IMG/VR virus record: IMGVR_UViG_3300050029_000044
Location: 1 to 29,923 of that record
DNA length: 29,923 bases
Reading direction: 5' to 3' (one strand)
From: a virus
Of the stretch, positions 5,907 to 13,046 are shown piece after piece. Within the stretch, counting starts at the first letter, position 1. Every line of letters begins with the position of its first letter. The translations under genes were made by a program, and so were the position numbers. Under the pieces are notes generated by a model. It was not told the DNA's origin, ran no database searches, and saw nothing but the letters and a program-made list of their open reading frames with translations.

Positions 5907-6074
5907 ATGATTACAGAAACACAAAAAAAGAAAATAACATTAGAGTTCAAAAACTATCTTGATAATTATTATTTATGTAATAAGTTTAAGCCCGAAGTAA
6001 TGAGAAGACCAAGTACGCACGAAGTCATAGAGTGGTGGTTCACTACATTTAATAATTTAGATTTAGAAGATTAA
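5907..6074 (+). CDS. Hypothetical 55-aa protein.
   Basis: ATG at 5907 overlaps, as ATGA, the stop of a 9-codon mini-ORF (5881-5910). Below the track cutoff. Confidence 0.4.
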   Translation: MITETQKKKITLEFKNYLDNYYLCNKFKPEVMRRPSTHEVIEWWFTTFNNLDLED

Positions 6075-6161
6075 AAAAAGTGGTGCTTGGGTGGTCGGCG
6101 TTTCTTTAACAACTATACCAAGTTAAATGACCTGAAGCCGAAATAGATGGTCAGCCACTAA

Positions 6162-6716
6162 ATGTCTCACCGTGGAAATAAATATATGACCAAACAACCA
6201 AAAGTATTTGTAAGTATGGATAAAAATAACATTGAAGCATACACGCCTAAATATGCTGTAGATATTATCTTACCCTATCTACCAAAAGACAAAATAATTT
6301 GGGCTCCGTTTTCTAAAAACGAACATAATTTTGCCGAATATTTACGAAGTTGCGGTTTTACCGTTGTAAATACACACATTGAGAATGGTCAAGATTTTCT
6401 TACTTATGTACCAGATTTCCACTTTGATATTATATTAGATAACCCTCCTTTTAAGAACAAAACAAAGTTTGTTAAAAAGGCAATCTCTTATAATAAACCT
6501 TTCGCCTTATTCTTGCCATTTAATTCTTTTGGTGATAATGGTATTCCAAACCTTTTTATTGAAAATAATATAGAACCACAAATATTGATACCAGATAAAA
6601 GAACAGAGTTTGAAAATCAAAATAATAAAGGAATTAGTTTTAAGACAGTATATATTTGTCGGGATATATTACCAAAACAGATAATTTTTGCTAGACTTTA
6701 TAAGAATAATAATTAG
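6162..6716 (+). CDS. Putative SAM-dependent N6-adenine DNA methyltransferase (NPPF motif). Alternative start at ATG 6183.
   Basis: FDIILDNPPF matches motif IV (D/N-P-P-Y/F) of amino-methyltransferases. KIIWAPFSKNEHNF is a possible degenerate motif I. Confidence 0.5.
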   Translation: MSHRGNKYMTKQPKVFVSMDKNNIEAYTPKYAVDIILPYLPKDKIIWAPFSKNEHNFAEYLRSCGFTVVNTHIENGQDFLTYVPDFHFDIILDNPPFKNKTKFVKKAISYNKPFALFLPFNSFGDNGIPNLFIENNIEPQILIPDKRTEFENQNNKGISFKTVYICRDILPKQIIFARLYKNNN

Positions 6717-6749
6717 CTCCATAAAGAATTATTAACTAATTTAAAAACT

Positions 6750-6893
6750 ATGCCCCAACCACAAGCATTTATTAAAAAAACAATCACTCTCATAATACAA
6801 ACATCTGTTGGCGACTCCTGGAAATCCGACACTTGTGAGTTTAAGGAGTTAAAGGGTGAAGAAGGGTATGTGGTGGAATTAAAAGATAAATAA
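6750..6893 (+). CDS. Hypothetical 47-aa protein.
   Basis: Own translation. Fills a gap otherwise covered only by an implausible minus-strand ORF. Confidence 0.35.
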   Translation: MPQPQAFIKKTITLIIQTSVGDSWKSDTCEFKELKGEEGYVVELKDK

Positions 6894-6895
6894 AT

Positions 6896-7066
6896 ATGGA
6901 AAAAGAAATAACAATACATTTTGGCGGTGGAAGTTTGTATCTTAAATGCCATAAATGCAATCAAAGATTTGCAGATGTTGAAGTTCCGTTTCCTGGAACA
7001 CCTGAACAGCAAAAAGAACCAAGAAAGTTTTTAGAGATAGCCAAAGAAAATCATAGATGTAATTAG
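6896..7066 (+). CDS. Hypothetical 56-aa protein with a CxxC motif.
   Basis: MEKEITIHFGGGSLYLKCHKCNQRF... Own translation. Confidence 0.4.
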   Translation: MEKEITIHFGGGSLYLKCHKCNQRFADVEVPFPGTPEQQKEPRKFLEIAKENHRCN

Positions 7067-7266
7067 CCCCATCAAAACTTGGTGGGCAGAATTATGGGGT
7101 CGTCTAATCTTGAGGACGCATCTCAAAAAGGTTAATTCCCTTTGCACATAAGAGCGGAAGTGTGCAAGAAGGAGTCCGCCTAAAAAATGCAGGTATCAAA
7201 TCCTGCCCCCAGAACCCCGTCCATCAAGCGAATAGGGGGAAGATATTATTAAATAATTAAAAGAAT

Positions 7267-7704
7267 ATGAAAGATAAAATAGTTAAAACTTGTCTAAACA
7301 TAGATTGCCCAGAAAGGTTCTCTCTTTGTTGCCACGCAGGTTCAAGGTCGGCATCAGAGCCTGAAATACTTTTAGGAGTTCCAGCATATTTTTGTGCAAA
7401 GTGTGGTAAAGAGTTTGAGGGTGGTAAATGTACAGCAGGAGAACCTATCCATCACTTGGACAATAAGGTTAAGCCCGAAGGAGTTGGGGAGTGGGTAGAA
7501 AGAATTGTTATTGAGTATGCTAATTTATCAGGCAGAGAAAGTGCTAATAGGGCAGAATTTAGAAAAAGAGTTGAGGTAATTGTCTCCAACCTCATACTCC
7601 AAGAAAAGGCAAAGTGGAAGAGAGAGATATTACACTTGGCAATTATGGAAGGTGAAGATACAGTTGATTATAAAGTAAAAGTATTAAAACTTTTAGAAAG
7701 CTGA
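7267..7704 (+). CDS. Cys-rich hypothetical protein (145 aa).
   Basis: CLNIDCPERFSLCCH...CAKCGKEFEGGKC suggests metal binding. Confidence 0.6.
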   Translation: MKDKIVKTCLNIDCPERFSLCCHAGSRSASEPEILLGVPAYFCAKCGKEFEGGKCTAGEPIHHLDNKVKPEGVGEWVERIVIEYANLSGRESANRAEFRKRVEVIVSNLILQEKAKWKREILHLAIMEGEDTVDYKVKVLKLLES

Positions 7705-7761
7705 CCCTCATAGATAAGTTATAATTAAAATATAAAAATAAAGAATTAAAGAAATATTATT

Positions 7762-7896
7762 ATGACCAAACAACAATTCATAAACTTAACAGACGAAGAC
7801 CCAGTTGATGTGTTGGGGCAAGATTGGGAAAATTACATTGAAGATTACTTTGAAGAAGACGAAAAGGAGAAACTGGGAATGGAGTATGGATTTTAG
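7762..7896 (+). CDS. Hypothetical acidic 44-aa protein.
   Basis: Own translation: MTKQQFINLTDEDPVDVLGQDWENYIEDYFEEDEKEKLGMEYGF. Confidence 0.4.
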   Translation: MTKQQFINLTDEDPVDVLGQDWENYIEDYFEEDEKEKLGMEYGF

Positions 7897-7946
7897 CCCC
7901 TTAATAGATATTAGATTTAATAAAAATATGTTAGAACTAAATAAAA

Positions 7947-7993
7947 TATATTGTGGTGATTAGTATTGTATATTGCGGTGATTGTGATATAAT
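7947..7993 (+). promoter_or_regulatory. Extended -10 promoter (TGaTATAAT, 7985-7993) preceded by two 15-bp direct repeats. It lies 6 nt upstream of the ATG at 8000.
   Basis: tatattgtggtgatt (7947-7961) and tatattgcggtgatt (7969-7983) match 14/15 and start 22 bp apart. TATAAT at 7988-7993. Confidence 0.5.
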
Positions 7994-7999
7994 AGAGTT

Positions 8000-8500
8000 A
8001 TGAAGAGAGATTTTACAGAACGAAATAAGAAAATATCACAAGCCCACAAACGAGGTTCGTATTTTAATTGTATCATTTGCAACAAGGAGTTTTGGAGAAA
8101 GCCATTTGAAATTAAAAAAGGCAACAATAAGTTCTGTTCAAAGAAGTGTTATTTTATATGGCAGAAAGGTAGAAAAAGGTCAGCCGAGTTTTGTAAGAAA
8201 TGTAAAGATAAAAGACCAGAACAAAACGGAAATTGGAAAGGCGGGATAACTCCTATAAATGCAAAGATAAGGAATACCCCAGAATATATCAAGTGGCGAA
8301 GTGAAGTGTTTGAACGAGATAAATATACCTGTCAGGAGTGCGGAGCTTGTGGTTGCTATTTAGAGGCACATCACATTAAGCCATTTGCTCTATATCCCGA
8401 ATTAAGATTTATAGTCAGCAACGGGATAACATTGTGTAGAAAGTGTCATAGTAAAAAGCCGAAAGGCAAAGAAATCCTATGTATGAAATCAAAGACATAA
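8000..8500 (+). CDS. HNH endonuclease (166 aa).
   Basis: WRSEVFERDKYTCQECGA...LEAHHIKPF...NGITLCRKCH gives the CxxC, HH, N and CxxCH signature. Confidence 0.85.
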   Translation: MKRDFTERNKKISQAHKRGSYFNCIICNKEFWRKPFEIKKGNNKFCSKKCYFIWQKGRKRSAEFCKKCKDKRPEQNGNWKGGITPINAKIRNTPEYIKWRSEVFERDKYTCQECGACGCYLEAHHIKPFALYPELRFIVSNGITLCRKCHSKKPKGKEILCMKSKT

Positions 8501-9420
8501 TTAACAAGATACACTGCTGTGATTGTTTGGAGTTTATGAAACAAATCCCTGATAAGAGTATAGACCTTGTGCTGACAGACCCGCCGTATGGGAATATGAA
8601 TACTGATGGTGGTAGAAAACTGGGAATTAGTGGTTGGGATATAGTTATTGAACCGAAAGTAATAATGGAAATTGCTAGGAAAGTTTTACGAAAAAATGGG
8701 AAAATGGTTTTATTCAGCCAAGAACCATACACTACACAATTAATAAATAGTGCAACGAAAGATATTGTTTTTTGCTATCGTGCTATTTGGGAAAAAGATA
8801 ATTTTGCTATTGCACTAGGGTCTTATAAAAATATGGTTAGTTATTTTGAAGATATACTTATTTTTAGCAAGAATTTTGAAAGCGAGAGAAACGATGACAA
8901 CCCTTGTAAAGAATATGCTATTAAGGTTTTTGAGCATATAAATAGTCCAATGTCTGTTCTAAAAGAAAAATATGGAAATCTTTTAACTCATTTTTATAGT
9001 AGTGGTAAGCAATTTAGATTATGCCCAGAAGAAACATATAATAATTTAATTAGGGACTTTAACATAGATAAGATGCCAAACTTTATTCCTTATGTAGAAT
9101 TATCAAAAATGAATAAAGACTATAAAAAAGATTTTTTAAGAACTTTTAACTTATGGGAAGGAGGTAAATGTAAGAGCAATATATTAAAGTATAAGAAAGA
9201 TTATAATGGTTTTCATCCCACTCAAAAACCGATAAGACTTATAGATGACTTAATCCAAACATTTAGTAATAAAAAAGACTTGGTACTAGATTTAACTTCT
9301 GGTTCAGGAACAACTTGTGTGTCAGCAAAACGGCTAGAAAGAAACTTTATAGGAATTGAAATCTCCCAGAAATATTGCGACATAGCAAACCAAAGACTTC
9401 GGCAGAATATATTACTTTAG
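8479..9420 (+). CDS. Beta-class DNA methyltransferase (N6-adenine or N4-cytosine), 313 aa.
   Basis: Motif IV LVLTDPPYG near the N-terminus. FHPTQKP and motif I LDLTSGSGTT near the C-terminus. Confidence 0.85.
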   Translation: MYEIKDIINKIHCCDCLEFMKQIPDKSIDLVLTDPPYGNMNTDGGRKLGISGWDIVIEPKVIMEIARKVLRKNGKMVLFSQEPYTTQLINSATKDIVFCYRAIWEKDNFAIALGSYKNMVSYFEDILIFSKNFESERNDDNPCKEYAIKVFEHINSPMSVLKEKYGNLLTHFYSSGKQFRLCPEETYNNLIRDFNIDKMPNFIPYVELSKMNKDYKKDFLRTFNLWEGGKCKSNILKYKKDYNGFHPTQKPIRLIDDLIQTFSNKKDLVLDLTSGSGTTCVSAKRLERNFIGIEISQKYCDIANQRLRQNILL

Positions 9421-9446
9421 ATTAAATACTTTTAATAAATAAGAAT

Positions 9447-9608
9447 ATGATTACTTGCAAAAAATGCCACAGATTTGTTTCAAATGTCATTACCGATTAT
9501 TGTTCTGGCACGGCAGAAGTAAAGAGCGTTAAAGGTGATTGTAAAAAATGCGGGAAACAAGTTGAAGTAGATTATGACGATTTTGAGGAATTGGGAATTG
9601 AGGAATAA
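9447..9608 (+). CDS. 53-aa zinc-ribbon miniprotein.
   Basis: CKKC...27 aa...CKKCG. Own translation. Confidence 0.45.
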   Translation: MITCKKCHRFVSNVITDYCSGTAEVKSVKGDCKKCGKQVEVDYDDFEELGIEE

Positions 9609-9635
9609 CTTTAATACTTTTAATAAGAAACAAAG

Positions 9636-9989
9636 ATGAAGTTATGGACAAGCAAAGTAGCAGACAAGAAGTTTTCTGAAAAGGTTAGGAGTGTTGGTGT
9701 CTGTCAAAGACCGAATTGCCCTTACTGCCACAACCAAAAAGGATATGTACTCCAATGCAGCCACTTTTGGGGAAGAAACCACAGCTCTACGAGATACAAC
9801 TTTGATAACTGCGACTGCTTCTGCGCAGGAACACACTTCATTTGGGAAGGAGAAAAGGCGGGAGAATATAGAAATTATATGTTAGCAAGAGTCGGTAAAG
9901 AGAGGTATAATAACTTAGAGGCATTACATAATAAGTTAGTTACAAGGCGAGAAGCAATATTAAATTTAATGAAAATCTTATGCCAATAG
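9636..9989 (+). CDS. NinG/Rap-like Cys/His-rich protein (possible structure-specific endonuclease), 117 aa.
   Basis: CSHFWGRNHSSTRYNFDNCDCFCAGTH...YRNYMLARVGKERYNNLE parallels the C-terminal half of lambda NinG (GHY...RFNERN...C..CN...Y...L..RIG). Compared from memory. Confidence 0.4.
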   Translation: MKLWTSKVADKKFSEKVRSVGVCQRPNCPYCHNQKGYVLQCSHFWGRNHSSTRYNFDNCDCFCAGTHFIWEGEKAGEYRNYMLARVGKERYNNLEALHNKLVTRREAILNLMKILCQ

Positions 9990-10273
9990 ACCCTAATTGT
10001 TTTCAAGTAATACACTACTCAACTAAAACTCCCTTCTCTTTCTTTCAGAACGACATTACAGAAGTTTACGACGTATGTAGCAAGGTATCTGTGAGCATTA
10101 AATCTGTCCCGGACTTAAATCACTGGTTCGGATCAATGGTACTTATAGGACTTTGTATAGTATTGGCTTATTATCTTTATAAGATTGAGAAAAGAGGAAA
10201 AATGCCTTGTAGAAAACATTATTTTATTAAAGGTAAAGGGAAATGCCCTGACTGTGGGTGGACAAATGAATAA
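9980..10273 (+). CDS. Membrane protein with a C-terminal CxxC pair motif (97 aa).
   Basis: TM segment WFGSMVLIGLCIVLAYYLY. C-terminus CRKHYFIKGKGKCPDCG. Confidence 0.5.
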   Translation: MPIDPNCFQVIHYSTKTPFSFFQNDITEVYDVCSKVSVSIKSVPDLNHWFGSMVLIGLCIVLAYYLYKIEKRGKMPCRKHYFIKGKGKCPDCGWTNE

Positions 10274-10724
10274 AAGAAATTGGTATTATAAATGGGCGGA
10301 CTGGGAAACTATGCAAGGCATTGGTAGTACTTGGATTTCGAAGATAACTCAATATTTTCCAATAGGAACTTGGTTGCAAGAGTCATCAATCTACTACATA
10401 GGTTTAGTGGGCTTAAAGGCATCTCACTTGATAATATGGGGATTGCCAGTTTACTTGGTAGGAAACATACCTATTTGGATGGTATTCTTCTGGTTTATGG
10501 GAAAGTTTTATTTTGTAATGTTTGAGAAGTGGCTGGTGGCAAAATATGTTATAAGAATTAAATTGTATGAAGCCCAACAACAATACGGAGCGAAAAAAGA
10601 ACATTTAAGCCCCGTGCAAGTAGAAGTTTTTTCTCAATATAAAGAATATACCAAAGTTTTAAATGCTATCGCTAAAAAAGTAGACATAGAAGAAAGAGTT
10701 GAAAATAAGATAACTTCTTTATGA
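10266..10724 (+). CDS. Multi-pass membrane protein (about 152 aa).
   Basis: ORF track gives 10185..10724. The ATG at 10266 overlaps the end of the upstream ORF and is the preferred start. Several hydrophobic segments. Confidence 0.55.
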   Translation: MNKRNWYYKWADWETMQGIGSTWISKITQYFPIGTWLQESSIYYIGLVGLKASHLIIWGLPVYLVGNIPIWMVFFWFMGKFYFVMFEKWLVAKYVIRIKLYEAQQQYGAKKEHLSPVQVEVFSQYKEYTKVLNAIAKKVDIEERVENKITSL

Positions 10725-10915
10725 TAACCTTATATAAAAATCTATTCTATTCAGAAGACCACCAGCAAGTTGATAGTTATGGTTGTCCTTTCTATTTAAT
10801 TTATACAGAGATTTTAAATGACAACAAAGACGATGTGCAGTTTTTCTTGGACAAAGATTGGAACATTGAATATAAACCTAAAACATTTTGGCAATGGCTA
10901 AAAATAAAGGGATAA
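10721..10915 (+). CDS. Hypothetical protein (64 aa).
   Basis: ORF track. ATGA overlap. Confidence 0.5.
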   Translation: MITLYKNLFYSEDHQQVDSYGCPFYLIYTEILNDNKDDVQFFLDKDWNIEYKPKTFWQWLKIKG

Positions 10916-11046
10916 TTTTAAGGTCAAATTGTTGTCAGGCACACACTAAAGGCAGACAATCAAAAGTGAAATGCTTGAAGTGCGGAAGGCCTTGCGTATT
11001 AGAGAAAGTTTTACACACCTATAAAGAGTTGACAAATATAAAATAA
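10894..11046 (+). CDS. 50-aa zinc-ribbon miniprotein.
   Basis: CCQAH...10 aa...CLKCGRPC. Own translation. Overlaps the upstream gene by 22 nt. Confidence 0.35.
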   Translation: MAKNKGIILRSNCCQAHTKGRQSKVKCLKCGRPCVLEKVLHTYKELTNIK

Positions 11047-11057
11047 CAATTTAAAAT
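11029..11057 (+). promoter_or_regulatory. Sigma70-type promoter TTGACA-N17-TAAAAT, 6 nt upstream of the ATG at 11064 (head of the packaging/structural block).
   Basis: TTGACA 11029-11034, 17-nt spacer, TAAAAT 11052-11057. Confidence 0.55.
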
Positions 11058-11063
11058 TACAAT

Positions 11064-11255
11064 ATGGTAGACAAACAATTCTATACAGACAAATTAAATA
11101 AATTGCAACAGAAAGCAAATGCTAATTTGCAGAAATTTATAAACTGTGCTTTTGAAATGGTGAGTGAGAGCAACGACCTTAATGAAAGAATTAAGGAAGT
11201 ACAAGATTTATTAGCCGCAGAACCCGAAGAAGTTAAACCACTCCCAAAGAAATAG
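11064..11255 (+). CDS. Hypothetical coiled-coil protein (63 aa).
   Basis: ORF track. The ATG lies at the predicted transcription start. Confidence 0.55.
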   Translation: MVDKQFYTDKLNKLQQKANANLQKFINCAFEMVSESNDLNERIKEVQDLLAAEPEEVKPLPKK

Positions 11256-11268
11256 GGAGTTTTATTTT

Positions 11269-11721
11269 ATGGAAGAAACTGATAATCAGCAAGATAACAA
11301 GTTTGATTGGTTAAAGGAATATCAATGGCAGAAAGGACAATCTGGTAATCCCGCAGGTCGCCCGAAAGGTAAGACACTAAAAGAATGGGGGAGAGAGTTT
11401 TTATTAGGAATGTCAGAAGAAGCAAGATTAAAATTTGTAAAAGAGGTTGGTGAAAAAAGATTTTGGGAAATGATTGAAGGTTTACCACAACAAGATATAA
11501 CAAGCGGTGGGGAAAAAATAAATCCATTGCCCATAATAAATGTATTCCCAAACAACAGCAACGCACAAGATAATAAACCTGAACAAGAGAATACGGATAG
11601 TACAGGGAGGAACGAGTGCGTCAAAAACGGTGAGCATAATACTATACTTGATAGCACGAAGCCAATCGGACAAGACATCGACTCTAACGAGCATAGTGTC
11701 GGAGAGCTTCCCACACCTTAG
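11269..11721 (+). CDS. terS: Terminase small subunit candidate. The C-terminal ~60 codons overlap terL in another frame.
   Basis: QKGQSGNPAGRPKG motif typical of one small-terminase family. GGGAG SD 8 nt upstream. Immediately precedes terL. Confidence 0.55.
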   Translation: MEETDNQQDNKFDWLKEYQWQKGQSGNPAGRPKGKTLKEWGREFLLGMSEEARLKFVKEVGEKRFWEMIEGLPQQDITSGGEKINPLPIINVFPNNSNAQDNKPEQENTDSTGRNECVKNGEHNTILDSTKPIGQDIDSNEHSVGELPTP

Positions 11722-12724
11722 GAGAGGAGCAGAAAGGGACTTCCTCAACATCTTAAAAGAACATCAGTATTTTGTAGATAAGCAGTGGGACAAGACAAAT
11801 CATATTTATACATTTGAAACCGGAAGCAAAATAGAATTCTTCTCGGTTGACCAATCAGAAAAGGTTAGGGGAGCAAGGAGAGATAGGTTATTCATAAATG
11901 AGTGCAACAACGTAAAGTTCACAGCATTTGAGGAGTTAGAAGTAAGAACCAAAGAGTTTATATTCCTTGATTACAACCCAACAAATGAGTTTTGGTTATT
12001 CACCGAGGTAGAACCTAAGAGAACCGACTGGGAGAAGATTATTTTAACTTATAAGGACAATGAAGCACTTAACACGGAAATCATCCAAAGTATTGAGCAA
12101 AGACGAAATCGTAGAGATTGGTGGCAAGTTTACGGGCTTGGTCAGCTCGGCGAAATTGAAGGGAAAATCTATAAAGATTGGCAAATCATTATGGACTTAC
12201 CACACGAAGCGAGGTTGGATTGCTTCGGACTTGATTACGGTTACACTAACGACCCCACTGCCATCGTCGCTATCTATTACTATAACGGAGGGTATATCTT
12301 AGACGAAGTAGCATATCAGAAAGGACTTTCAAACAAACAGATAGCAGATATTCTTAAAAGCCAAGCCCAGGCAACGATAGTCCCAGATAGTGCCGAACCA
12401 AAGAGTAATGACGAGTTGATTACCTATGGACTGACAGTTATTCCGGCCGAGAAAGGTAAAGATAGCGTAAGAAATGGGATACAAGTAGTTAAAGGACAAA
12501 GGATTAGTGTTACTCAAAGGAGTTTGAATATTATCAGAGAGTATCGTAATTACTTATGGGAAGTAGATAAAGATGGGAAAGTCCTTCAAACGCCAGAACA
12601 CGAGTTTAGTCACAGTATGGATAGTATAAGATACGGACTTTCTTATTTGCTTAAAAGACCTAAGACATTTTCAAATCAATTTAAACAAAACTTCTCCACG
12701 AGGGAAGATAATTCAAACAGATAA
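11540..12724 (+). CDS. terL: Terminase large subunit (PBSX/Terminase_3-like), 394 aa.
   Basis: Deviant Walker A IVQGGTSASKT at aa 20-30. Walker B-like DRLFINE. C-terminal nuclease-like region (FGLDYGYTNDPTAIV). Confidence 0.85.
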   Translation: MYSQTTATHKIINLNKRIRIVQGGTSASKTVSIILYLIARSQSDKTSTLTSIVSESFPHLRRGAERDFLNILKEHQYFVDKQWDKTNHIYTFETGSKIEFFSVDQSEKVRGARRDRLFINECNNVKFTAFEELEVRTKEFIFLDYNPTNEFWLFTEVEPKRTDWEKIILTYKDNEALNTEIIQSIEQRRNRRDWWQVYGLGQLGEIEGKIYKDWQIIMDLPHEARLDCFGLDYGYTNDPTAIVAIYYYNGGYILDEVAYQKGLSNKQIADILKSQAQATIVPDSAEPKSNDELITYGLTVIPAEKGKDSVRNGIQVVKGQRISVTQRSLNIIREYRNYLWEVDKDGKVLQTPEHEFSHSMDSIRYGLSYLLKRPKTFSNQFKQNFSTREDNSNR

Positions 12725-12747
12725 TAATAATCAATCGGTGGAATAAA

Positions 12748-13029
12748 ATGTCACATAGAACTTCGTATTTAAACTTAACAAGTACAGGATATGTCGCAGG
12801 AGAATGTTGGCTATCTTCAATGTATGTAAACTCTACATCATCTGGTGCTTTTAAATTCTATCCTAATGGTGCAGGAACGACTACAAACACTGGTTTAGTT
12901 ATGGGTGGAACTATCACTCCGGTTATAGGGTTTCATAACTTAGATAATATGCATTGTACATCAGGAGTAACAATATCGCCACAGGCAGGAACATTTGATA
13001 TTACATTCAAAATATTAGAGAAAGACTAA
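12748..13029 (+). CDS. Hypothetical Ser/Thr/Gly-rich protein (93 aa).
   Basis: ORF track. CGGTGGA SD 6 nt upstream. Confidence 0.6.
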   Translation: MSHRTSYLNLTSTGYVAGECWLSSMYVNSTSSGAFKFYPNGAGTTTNTGLVMGGTITPVIGFHNLDNMHCTSGVTISPQAGTFDITFKILEKD

Positions 13030-13046
13030 ACTCGGTGGAGTTTTAA

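Noticed and set aside
6713-7012. Minus-strand 99-aa ORF.
   Set aside because: It overlaps two compact + strand mini-ORFs that have good spacing and overlap logic. Its sequence is low-complexity and hydrophobic, typical of antisense AT-rich DNA.
7187-7212. tRNA T-arm-like sequence gcagg-tatcaaat-cctgc followed by ccccca.
   Set aside because: The loop is 8 nt and lacks the TTC motif. No matching acceptor 5' strand, D-arm or anticodon arm lies at tRNA distances.
11267-11751. Three minus-strand ORFs (11267-11566, 11322-11714, 11482-11751) antisense to terS/terL.
   Set aside because: They are antisense to genes with clear terminase motifs. Their openness is recorded as a compositional oddity in the findings, not as genes.
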